27,410 nucleotides of DNA, taken from the NCBI GenBank assembly GCA_031367385.1, contig JANLPS010000390.1:1-27410 (forward strand). Reading direction: 5' to 3'. Origin of the DNA: Archangium sp. GTDB taxonomy: Bacteria; Myxococcota; Myxococcia; Myxococcales; Myxococcaceae. The notes beneath the pieces are model-generated. The model ran no database searches. It was not told the DNA's origin and saw only the letters and a program-made list of their open reading frames with translations. Positions 19,801 through 26,462 of the stretch are shown here, piece after piece (the stretch's first letter is position 1; each line of letters begins with the position of its first letter). The translations under genes were made by a program, and so were the position numbers.

Positions 19801-20593
19801 TGGCGCCAAGCTCAGCGGTGCCAAACGTCGCCCTTTTCCTCACAATGACTGGGAGGCGCTCGACCGCATGCTCACCAACCTCCGGCCGCATTACCGCCGA
19901 GTGTTGATCTGCATCGAAGGCACCTACTCGATGGACGGCGACATACCCGAGCTGCCGAGGTTCATCGAGGTGAAGAAGAAGCACCACGCGTTGCTGCTGG
20001 TCGATGAGGCACACTCGGCGGGTACGGTGGGCAAGACCGGCCGCGGCATCGGCGAGTACTACAAGGTCAATCGCGCTGACGTCGACCTGTGGGGCGGCAC
20101 GTTGTCGAAGTCGTTCGCGAGCTGCGGCGGGTACATCGCTGGCAGCAAGGCGCTGGTCGAGTACCTCAAGTATACGACCCCTGGGTTCGTCTACTCGGTG
20201 GGCATCTCGCCGCCCAATGCGGCCGCGGCGCTGGCCTCGACCCAAGAGATGATCGCTCACCCCGAGCGCGTCACCAAATGCCAAGAGAACGCGAAGTATT
20301 TTCTCGAGCTGTTGCACTCGCGGGGCATCAACACCGGCATGTCGAAAGACTCGGCGGTGGTGCCGGCGATCATCGGCAACTCGGTGCTCTGCCTGCAGCT
20401 GAGCGACGCGCTCAAGACCCGCGGCATCAACGTGCAGCCGATTCTGTACCCGGCGGTCGAAGAAGATCAGGCGCGGTTGCGCTTCTTTCTCTCGTCGCTG
20501 CACAAGAAAGAACAGCTGCAGAAGACCGCTGATGTTCTCAAAGAAGAGCTCGAGCGGTTGACCCGAGAGATGAACGCTGAAGCCGTTGCTTGA
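13895..20593 (+). CDS. Type I PKS KS-AT-ACP-KR-DH fused to a PLP alpha-oxoamine synthase (SPT/AONS family)
   Basis: KS: DAACSS, HGTAT, NIGH. AT: GQGAQ, GHSLG, HAFH (malonyl-type). ACP: LGFDSL. KR: GGAKGLG, HAAGVLAD, DYSAAN. DH: DHTMAGQRVLP and DASFQ. AOS: NFSSYNY, AHDS, YSMDGD, DEAHS, GTLSKS (PLP Lys). GAGGT RBS upstream. Confidence 0.95.
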   Translation: MADGSNDDSSRSTDIAVIGMSCKFPHAADLPAMWKLISTGEVAFEDIGDSRWTHSSFFEPTDVRAPDKTYVRKGAFIDGVEEFAALHYGLAPRRVQVMDPQQRLAIEMTRQALADAGYDVKGFDRARTGVFIGASVSEYKDVMGARHRAQQMVDGDFGDRLSPEEAASLKSAVADVVPIRAFSIAGSLLNMIACSVSQTFDLNGPAMQIDAACSSALVAIHEASINLRARQCNVAIAGGVYLNLHPDNLVGFSRIGAISMSGVCRPFDERADGFVMGEGIGLVVLKRYEDAVRDGDRIYAVMRGSGCNNDGRGEGPMTPRPEGQIEAMRRAHSELQVPIETIGYVETHGTATTVGDATEVGALKKFFDEKAGHALTHPFAYLGSIKANIGHTMSAAGVAGFIKTCLMLHHRVIPPQPGCESLNPKLDLTHSPFKISDQARAWEKPNGFPRRAAVSSFGFGGTNAHVIVEETPVRDEVPADRDELFLVSAPTPELLITYANALADQVAAQALRPADVAYTLSTRTVFPARAAFVAKGRDALISALRSVNGQLVGEAAPKVAFLFPGQGAQRVNLLKDLVERYPSIKARLAQYELAAGVSMLPSLYPAAGADLAAAQAHLTRTEVCQPVMAALGLALSEFLKELNVVPAMVLGHSLGEFAASAAAEMITPEVAVRLVAQRGQLMADLPLEDAGAMIAVMAERSAVEQLLQSGPEGVWLANHNHPNQVVLSGTTPGIARAEIKLNAAGLKSTRLDVSHAFHSPLLDGVDPGVTALVEALEVGEPKCPVISCIEGRAYTSAADAKAVWASHATAPVQFVDAVTACVAAGATDFVQVGAGSALLSFARPMAKDAKTWAIAPNEGGDDGAQLLSTLGQLWVKGVPLKARALFEGAEASLAMVSPTPLETQKYWAIERTARTPHVPLSRTVVSSPVLQAKGVSMDNLIALFAQQNALLQTQADVLKAQSATLVALAGGQPALAPSLPGPAVTPPMQVTEPVAAAPKPPNFSNLVAAKAVVAPVAAKPPVVEDLRPMVQEKVLGSVSRISAFPVQTLKLDATLVGDLGFDSLMLVELDQDIGKGFPSLGGLPRELFSKTTTAATVIEHVVNALTNTVPAPIEAVPTASVPLERYVPTVLAAPLTSLTETVTRLEAPVLVTRDSHGIAEALVAKLAEQGVSAKIGDLGTAGPFAGVMHLADVSASGDYRAPTHNALALAKKLTAENAEVFMTVSGLGGRFGLTGTKREQLGQVGALGFTRALAQEWPDAVVKAVDVDLSLNAADLAQALVDELISGDRTNEVGFSSAGRMTVGLAPAMKTTGEVIGADQVVLISGGAKGLGLKFAKALAKKSKCTIALTGRSSAEVTGEVVAAGARACSFHVMNVRDPSSVQHAVSEIRKQYGRIDVVVHAAGVLADALVAKKEVSALDSVLETKVGGALALLDAVPEAKRFIGIGSWAGRFGNAAQTDYSAANAMLARVGRATIDFPPFEDSEMVKKIPAFRKAELRASGVTFLTDDEGMAAFLTEVEGGVGEVLVGRGLPERVVKHTGTFPVSRLNHVYLNDHTMAGQRVLPFASALDHVTAAALEASGAQGFTAFTVSDFALQRAVLVPDTTWLEVSTTSAKRAGRAGAIEVTLSQGQALSYKGVVTLGVSSSVPAVKAIVAGGDLPMSLSDFYSGFTFHGPRLQGITRIDAVSDVGVVGWVKGSRPSEWIKEPLRSEWTVDPLIIDASFQLAGYWAWVKQQRAGFPLALGTFVQLKPFGMGPVKCTVNFETSSDDFFSGTLVWHDQKGDVLAYMTGTKAEFKKRDPQFAPAKVPNEAIAPATGPVPDEATWNPAKFPEYEDLQERLQMAEAFGLRNPYFSVHEAICGDTTVVNGKEMINFSSYNYVGNSGNPVVSKAAQDAITKYGTSVSASRVASGEKPLTRELEVALADFFGTEDSIVMVSGHATNVSVIGHIVGAGDLIVHDALAHDSIIGGAKLSGAKRRPFPHNDWEALDRMLTNLRPHYRRVLICIEGTYSMDGDIPELPRFIEVKKKHHALLLVDEAHSAGTVGKTGRGIGEYYKVNRADVDLWGGTLSKSFASCGGYIAGSKALVEYLKYTTPGFVYSVGISPPNAAAALASTQEMIAHPERVTKCQENAKYFLELLHSRGINTGMSKDSAVVPAIIGNSVLCLQLSDALKTRGINVQPILYPAVEEDQARLRFFLSSLHKKEQLQKTADVLKEELERLTREMNAEAVA

Positions 20594-20622
20594 TCAACGA
20601 AGTGCGTGAAGGAAGCTTTCAA

Positions 20623-21501
20623 ATGACCTCGACTCAAGAAGAAGTTGAAATCGGTTACGACATCAGCAACGAGTTTTTTCGCCTCTGGCTCGACGAGCGC
20701 ATGCACTACACCAGCGCGGTGTACGACGCCGAGCACACCACGCTCGAGCAGGCGCAGCGCAACAAGAGCAAGTGGCTGGCTGATTTCGCCGAGGTGACTC
20801 CCGAATCGCTGGTGCTCGACATCGGCTGCGGCTGGGGCGCCAACCTTGAATACCTGGCCCTCGAGCGAAAAGTGCAACGCGCGCATGGCATTACGTTGTC
20901 GCGTTCACAGGCCGATGAAATTACGGCTCGCAAGCTGCCCGGCGTGACGATGTGGGTCGAAGACTACAAAGACTTCGCTCCGAAAGAAAAATACGACGCG
21001 CTGATCAGCATCGAGATGATCGACCACCTGGTCTCGCCCGCGCAGCAGCAGCAGGGCCTCGCGATTCAGATCTACCGCGACTACTTCAACAAGACCGCCA
21101 AGTGGGTCAAGCCCGGTGCCTGCTTCGGGTTTCAGGCCATCTTGCGCGACCGCGTGCCCCGCACCCGCGCCGATTTGGAAGATTTGAAGTTCACCGCAGA
21201 CGTCATCTTCCCCGGTGGGCTCAACCCGCGGCTCGAAGAGCTCGTCGCCGCGTGTGGCCAGTCATGGGAGATCATTCAGCTCAACACCCGCCGGGTCGAT
21301 TACGGCAAGACCACCGCTGAGTGGCTGCGCCGCTACCGCATGAACAAAGACAAGATCATGGCCTCGGGCTGGGGCGATCGCAGAATGAGCAATGGCGAGA
21401 CCGTGTGGGTCAACTACGAGCGGTACCTGGCGACCTGCGTGAAGGCCTTCGCCAACCACTGGTCGAGTGACGTGCAGATGAAGCTGCGCCTCAAAGACTG
21501 A
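20623..21501 (+). CDS. SAM-dependent methyltransferase, cyclopropane-fatty-acid/mycolic-acid synthase family
   Basis: YDISNEFFRLWLD..M.Y, LEQAQ..K, LDIGCGWG, GITLSRSQ, IFPGG, DYGKT. Start at ATG 20623 (GAAGGA RBS); the alternative TTG 20590 overlaps the PKS stop. Confidence 0.9.
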   Translation: MTSTQEEVEIGYDISNEFFRLWLDERMHYTSAVYDAEHTTLEQAQRNKSKWLADFAEVTPESLVLDIGCGWGANLEYLALERKVQRAHGITLSRSQADEITARKLPGVTMWVEDYKDFAPKEKYDALISIEMIDHLVSPAQQQQGLAIQIYRDYFNKTAKWVKPGACFGFQAILRDRVPRTRADLEDLKFTADVIFPGGLNPRLEELVAACGQSWEIIQLNTRRVDYGKTTAEWLRRYRMNKDKIMASGWGDRRMSNGETVWVNYERYLATCVKAFANHWSSDVQMKLRLKD

Positions 21502-21552
21502 TTTTCGAACCGTGGGTCTGCGACCGCGCGAGAGCGCCTGAGGGGCCCCCAA

Positions 21553-21594
21553 CTGAACCTCGAGGTTCAGATTTCTGAACCCTGGGGTTTCAGA
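21553..21594. repeat. Two adjacent related palindromes between convergent genes (possible terminator or binding sites)
   Basis: CTGAACCTCGAGGTTCAG (perfect, 21553-21570) followed by TCTGAACCCTGGGGTTTCAGA (imperfect, 21574-21594). Confidence 0.5.
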
Positions 21595-21681
21595 GTGCTC
21601 CCGCGCACGCCGACGCCCTCTTCGAGCTGGGTGAGCGCTGCGGCGAGATCGAGCTCGACCCTCTCCGGACTGTATCGAGCT

Positions 21682-22488
21682 TCAAGCCAGCTCAACCCAC
21701 GCTTCATTGCGTCGCAAGAAGGGCAGGGTCGACGGAGCGTCGTAGCCTGCAAACCCCGTCAGCCCGGCGGGCTTGAGCCCCTGGGCCTTGAGGTTCGCGA
21801 GCAGGCGCAGCTGCATCTGCTCGTTGTCTTCACCGTTGAAGGTGCCCTTGTAGCGCAGCGCGGCCACTCGGCGGGCCGGCAGGGCGCGCAGCCGAACCTC
21901 GTGGTTGAGCGGCGAGGGCAGGCTGGCCAGTGAATACCCGTCTGGCATCACGAAGCGCACCAGGTAGCTGCCGTCTTGCATCATCGCGAGGTCGGTCTTT
22001 CGCTCGCGAATCTGGGTGACGGGAGCGGTCATCTCGATGCGCTCTCCGGTCGCGTTGTGGCCGAAGATGTACTCGGCGAGCACCCGAAAGCCGATGTCGA
22101 GCGCCTCGCGAAAGGAGTCGGCGCGCACGGTGGTCTCGGCCACGGTTTGGGGTGAGTAGTGCCGAATTTCGACCTCGTCGGGCCCAACGGAGGTCTCGAC
22201 ATCGTAGGTGGCTTGCTCAGAAAACAAGCGGGCCATTTGCCAGCGAAACAGGCCCAGCCCGAGCGCCGCGCCGAGACCGATGATGGCCGGAGGCTTGGTG
22301 AGCGCGTCGAGCAGGCTGCGAGCCGGGCTGACGCGGCGGCGCTGCAGCAGGTCGGTTTGGGTGGCGACGTAGAGGCCCGCGCCAGCGGCGGCGAGCACGG
22401 CTCCGGCTGAGATGAGGCCAATCGACTTCTTCGAGGCCACGACTGGAGGCGGGGGTGCGGCTTTGCGGGTGCGGGGCTTGCTCGGCAT
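21682..22488 (-). CDS. SOUL heme-binding family protein with N-terminal hydrophobic extension
   Basis: EIRHY, FRVLAEYIFG.N...IEMTAPV, FVMP, YDAP.TLPFLRRNE; AAGGAG RBS before ATG 22488. Confidence 0.88.
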   Translation of the reverse strand: MPSKPRTRKAAPPPPVVASKKSIGLISAGAVLAAAGAGLYVATQTDLLQRRRVSPARSLLDALTKPPAIIGLGAALGLGLFRWQMARLFSEQATYDVETSVGPDEVEIRHYSPQTVAETTVRADSFREALDIGFRVLAEYIFGHNATGERIEMTAPVTQIRERKTDLAMMQDGSYLVRFVMPDGYSLASLPSPLNHEVRLRALPARRVAALRYKGTFNGEDNEQMQLRLLANLKAQGLKPAGLTGFAGYDAPSTLPFLRRNEAWVELA

Positions 22489-22671
22489 GGGGGCTCCTTC
22501 AAAGTGACTTCGACGACCGGTTTGCAATTCGAAGACCCGAGACTTTCACAGCTGCGCCTGAAGGGGTCGGTTCTCAAATTCGCCACATTCGACCCGGTCA
22601 GTGCGGCGATCACGCTGCGATGTGGGGAATTTCGCCTTGCCTCAGGGCCGCGATGTCGCCAGACAGCCACG

Positions 22672-23592
22672 ATGGCCTGGCTGAACTACCACCACCTCTT
22701 GTACTTCTGGACGGTCGCTCGCGCGGGCACCATCGCCGCCGCCAGCAAGGAGCTGCACCTCTCGCAGCCCACCATCAGCAGCCAGCTCAAGACCCTCGAA
22801 GACGCGCTGGGCGAGCGGTTGTTTCAGAAGCACGGTCGACGCCTGGCGCTGACCGACGTGGGCCGAACGACCTACCGGTATGCCGATGACATTTTTCGCC
22901 TCGGGCGCGAGCTGCAAGAGGCCGTGTCGCGGGGGCCGGTGGGCGAACAGGTGCGCTTCGCGGTGGGCGTGACCGACGTGATACCCAAGTTGGTGGCCGA
23001 GCGGTTGTTGCGGCCTGCCTTTGCTGCCTTGCCGCAGCTGCAGCTCGAATGCGTCGAGGGGCCGTTGCCGCAGCTGTTGGGCCAGCTGGCCCTGCATGAG
23101 CTCGACGTGGTGCTCTCTGATCAGCCCTCGCCCAATGACATCAAGGTGCGCGCGTTCAACCACGCGCTCGGCGAGAGCGGCACGTCGTTCTTCGCCCGGG
23201 GCCCTCAGGCGGCGGCGCTGCGCAAGGGGTTCCCCGAGTCGCTGACTGGCACGCCGATGTTGGTCGCGCGCACCGGTACCGACACCCGCATGCACTTGGA
23301 TCAGTGGTTCGACGACAAGAAGGTGAAGCCGAAGATCGTCGGCGAATTCGACGACTCGGCGCTGATGAACGTGTTCGGGCAGCGGGGGCTGGGCGCGTTC
23401 ACCGCTCCCACCGCCATCGAGGCCGAGGTGGTCAGCCAGTTCGACGTGCAGGTGGTGGGGCGCACCGATGAGCTGATGCAGCGCTTCTTCGCCATCTCGG
23501 TCGAGCGAAGGCTGCGGCACCCCGCGGTAGTGGCCATCGCCGAGTCGGCTCGCACCGAGGTGTTCACCGAGAGCGCTACTCCTTCTTCTTGA
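22672..23592 (+). CDS. nhaR: LysR-family transcriptional activator, NhaR-like
   Basis: MAWLNYHHLLYFWTVAR.G...A...LHLSQPTISSQLK.LE, EFDDSALM..FG and ISVERRLRHPAV are typical of the NhaR subfamily. Confidence 0.85.
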   Translation: MAWLNYHHLLYFWTVARAGTIAAASKELHLSQPTISSQLKTLEDALGERLFQKHGRRLALTDVGRTTYRYADDIFRLGRELQEAVSRGPVGEQVRFAVGVTDVIPKLVAERLLRPAFAALPQLQLECVEGPLPQLLGQLALHELDVVLSDQPSPNDIKVRAFNHALGESGTSFFARGPQAAALRKGFPESLTGTPMLVARTGTDTRMHLDQWFDDKKVKPKIVGEFDDSALMNVFGQRGLGAFTAPTAIEAEVVSQFDVQVVGRTDELMQRFFAISVERRLRHPAVVAIAESARTEVFTESATPSS

Positions 23593-23818
23593 GCGTCGCG
23601 GAGTTCTCTTTGATGAACGCCCGAATGTCGTCGGCCAGGTCGAGCAGCTTGACCCACTGCTCCTGGTAGAGCGTGACGGGAAAGCGGCCGAGGCCGTACA
23701 CCGAGAGCCCGCCCTTCTCGCTGACCTTCATCGAGATGGCGCGCGAGCTGCGGCTCTTCAGCGCTTCGTTCTCGGCCTTGAGGCGTTCGAGCTCAGCCTT
23801 CATTTCTGTTTCATTCAT
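23576..23818 (-). CDS. Small conserved hypothetical protein (N-terminal coiled coil)
   Basis: ELERLKAENEALK coiled coil followed by KVSEKGGLSVYGLGRFPVTLYQEQW, a motif I recognise from a widespread uncharacterised family. Confidence 0.8.
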   Translation of the reverse strand: MNETEMKAELERLKAENEALKSRSSRAISMKVSEKGGLSVYGLGRFPVTLYQEQWVKLLDLADDIRAFIKENSATLKKKE

Positions 23819-23933
23819 GGGCCGCACGCTCGGCTGCGGCGATGACGACGTCAAGGCCGGTCGTGGCTCGACGCGCTCATCAAGAAATGGGGGTGCTGAA
23901 CAGAATGTCAGTGGTCTATGCTAGAACGTTCGC

Positions 23934-24260
23934 ATGACACGAAATCTGAATCGGTTGGCGGAGTGGAGCGTGGTGGATGGTCTCGTGACCGAAGTGTACC
24001 GGGAGACGTCGCTGCTCTCACCGGCAGAGCCGGTGCGAGACTTGATGCGCGAAGCGGCGTTGTCGCTGGCGACGATGAGCTCGCTCGAGGTGGCGCACGC
24101 CAAGCTGGCGACGCTGGGGTACCTGTTTCGGCTCGCCAACGAGTCGGGGCTGGTGCCCCTCGAGGTGGTCTCTCGAATGCTCGAGCGCATTCTCGAATCG
24201 GCCCGGGCGTTGCGGCGCTTCACCCCGAGTGGCTCCCAGCCGGTGCCCGACCCCGGTTGA
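23934..24260 (+). CDS. Hypothetical protein, possibly a divergent four-helix-bundle (23S rRNA IVP/Avd-like) protein
   Basis: All-helical pattern L..W.....LV.EVY..T...P..E....MR.AA.S....L..A...L..L.Y...LA...G; fills the gap between neighbours without overlap. Confidence 0.5.
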   Translation: MTRNLNRLAEWSVVDGLVTEVYRETSLLSPAEPVRDLMREAALSLATMSSLEVAHAKLATLGYLFRLANESGLVPLEVVSRMLERILESARALRRFTPSGSQPVPDPG

Positions 24261-24269
24261 CGCGTAGAA

Positions 24270-25769
24270 TCAGTCGTCGAACAGCGCTGAGACGAACTCT
24301 TTGGGGTCGAAGGGCCGAAGGTCTGAGACCTTTTCGCCGACGCCGACCCACGCCACCGGCAACTTGAGCTCGTCACAGATACCGATGATGACGCCGCCCT
24401 TGGCGGTGCCGTCGAGCTTGGTCAACGCGATCGCCGTGATGCCCACGGCTTCGTGAAATTGCCGAGCTTGTGCAATCGCGTTTTGCCCATTGGTGGCGTC
24501 GAGCACGAGCAACACCTCGTGCGGAGCGCCGGGCACCGCTTTGTCCAACACCCGCTTCGTTTTCTTGAGCTCCTCCATGAGATTCAGCTTCGTATGCAGT
24601 CGGCCGGCGGTGTCGGCGATCATCAAATCGGCGTTGCGGGCCTTGGCGACCTTCGCGGCCTCGAAGACCACCGAGGCGGGGTCTGCGTCTTCTTTGCCTT
24701 TGACAAGCTCGGCGCCCGCGCGGCCGGCCCAGACGTCGAGCTGCTCGGCGGCGGCGGCGCGAAAGGTGTCTCCGGCGCCCAGCACGACCGACTTGCCCAT
24801 GCCCTTGGCCTTCGCCGCGAGCTTGCCGATGGTGGTGGTTTTGCCCGCGCCATTGACGCCGACGACCATGATGACGTGCGGAGGCCCGCCGCCCCCCAGG
24901 GTGTGGTTGGCTTTCAGGTCGACGATTCGCTCGACCTCTTTTCGAATGACCGCCTTGACCTTGTCTGACGAGTCGAGCTCTTTGCTCCGGGCCTTTTCGC
25001 GCGCCAGCTCGACCAGCGCCGAGGCGGTCTTGACGCCGATGTCGGCGCTGAAGAGCACCTCTTCGAGCTCGGCGAGCACCTTGTCATCGATGGCCTTCGG
25101 GGCACCCCCGAAGAGCCCGTTGAGGCGCGCCATGAACCCTTCGCGCTTGGTCTTGGACAGGCCCGCGGCGAGGGTCTGGCCCCCTTCGGCCTCGACCTTG
25201 ACGGCCAGGGCGGCGGCGGCCTCTTGGGAGCGTTGGGCGGCATCTCGTTTCTCTTGCTCGATGGCCTCGAGGCGCAGGCGCTCGGCTTCGTCGCGTTCAC
25301 GCTTCTTGCGCTCGCGCTCTTCGACCTCGACGCTCTTCTGGGCCCGGTACGCGTCTCTCTTGGCTTCTTCTTCTTGGTCTTTGAGCCGTCGGGCCTCGGC
25401 CTCGAGCTGGCCCTTGAGCCCGGCGTCGGCCTGGCGCGCGTCGGCTTCGAGCTTGGCGCGTTCGGCGTGCAACCGGTCAGCAGCCTGCTTGGCCTGCTCT
25501 GCGCCTGCCCGGGCCTTGAGCTCGGCTTCGGTGGGCGGCAGCACCACCTTCGGTGCTTCGGGTACCACGCTGGGCTCGAGCGAGACCGGCGGTGGGGCGA
25601 GCGCCTTGGGCTGCGAGGGGCCCCCGCGGGCCATCAACCGGCGAACCACGAGCGCCATCAACAGCAGCAGCGCGACCACGACCGCGATGGTGATGCCATT
25701 GCCCAGCAGGCTGCTTGGCTCGCTGACGGGAGGAACGGGGACTTCAGTCTGCGCGAACACCGGCTTCAT
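24270..25769 (-). CDS. ftsY: Signal recognition particle receptor FtsY with N-terminal TM and coiled coil
   Basis: GVNGAGKTTTIGK, DTFRAAA, DTAGRLHTK, DATNGQN, TKLDGTAKGG, GVGEK..DL..FD. Start taken at ATG 25769. Confidence 0.96.
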   Translation of the reverse strand: MKPVFAQTEVPVPPVSEPSSLLGNGITIAVVVALLLLMALVVRRLMARGGPSQPKALAPPPVSLEPSVVPEAPKVVLPPTEAELKARAGAEQAKQAADRLHAERAKLEADARQADAGLKGQLEAEARRLKDQEEEAKRDAYRAQKSVEVEERERKKRERDEAERLRLEAIEQEKRDAAQRSQEAAAALAVKVEAEGGQTLAAGLSKTKREGFMARLNGLFGGAPKAIDDKVLAELEEVLFSADIGVKTASALVELAREKARSKELDSSDKVKAVIRKEVERIVDLKANHTLGGGGPPHVIMVVGVNGAGKTTTIGKLAAKAKGMGKSVVLGAGDTFRAAAAEQLDVWAGRAGAELVKGKEDADPASVVFEAAKVAKARNADLMIADTAGRLHTKLNLMEELKKTKRVLDKAVPGAPHEVLLVLDATNGQNAIAQARQFHEAVGITAIALTKLDGTAKGGVIIGICDELKLPVAWVGVGEKVSDLRPFDPKEFVSALFDD

Positions 25770-25904
25770 AGGGCGGCGCCATAGCACGCTGCGACGGGTG
25801 TGGCCCTGCTCTGTGCCCGATATGTCTGGCCTGCTGGGGCGTTGGCCGACGGCGAAAAGAGGCCCGCGCAATCGACGAAAAGCCCTGGTACATCAGCTTG
25901 CGTC

Positions 25905-26450
25905 ATGCGAGCTCATCTTCTTGCGTCGTTCATGTTGTCGGCAGGCTGCATCGTCTCAGCGCCCACCAGCGAGGGCACGGTGGCCACCAGCCGCCCGTTG
26001 CCACCCGCGCCGCCGGTCGAGTTCAAGGTGGGTGCGAACTTCGGCGACAAGGCCGAGCTGACCAGCGTGATTCTCTCACCCAGCCGCGGAGTGCCTGGCG
26101 ATTCGGTGAAGGTATTGGCCAACTACAAAGTGAACGCCGCTTTCGATACCGACTACACGGTCTTCGTTCACGTCGAAGACGTCGATGGCAAGGTCGACCG
26201 AATCAACGTCGACCACGTGCCTGGCCGCGGCTCACTGCCGACTTCGAAGTGGAAGGTGGGCGAGATGGTGCGCGACGAGTTCGACATCCCGATTCCTCCC
26301 GGGTACCCGGTGCGGGGGCTGAACATCATGCTCGGCCTGTGGGACCCGCGAACCGACGCGCGCTGCAAGATCGTCAACGCCGAGCAGGTTCGCACCGACG
26401 GGAGAGACCGGCTCTTCGTCGCCAACTTTCCCGTGGTGCAGGGCCCGTAA
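25905..26450 (+). CDS. Hypothetical lipoprotein (beta-rich, Ig-like)
   Basis: MRAHLLASFMLSAGC lipobox; DYTVFVH...DH.P.....PTSKW..GE.VRD motif. Confidence 0.75.
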   Translation: MRAHLLASFMLSAGCIVSAPTSEGTVATSRPLPPAPPVEFKVGANFGDKAELTSVILSPSRGVPGDSVKVLANYKVNAAFDTDYTVFVHVEDVDGKVDRINVDHVPGRGSLPTSKWKVGEMVRDEFDIPIPPGYPVRGLNIMLGLWDPRTDARCKIVNAEQVRTDGRDRLFVANFPVVQGP

Positions 26451-26462
26451 GTCGCGCTTTGG

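Noticed and set aside
19370..20593. Calling the AOS domain bioF (biotin synthesis)
   Set aside because: It is fused to a PKS and no other bio genes are present; the family also includes SPT and PKS-releasing enzymes.
21567..21752. 61-aa minus-strand ORF after the SOUL gene
   Set aside because: Overlaps the SOUL 3' end out of frame, with no RBS or recognisable motif.
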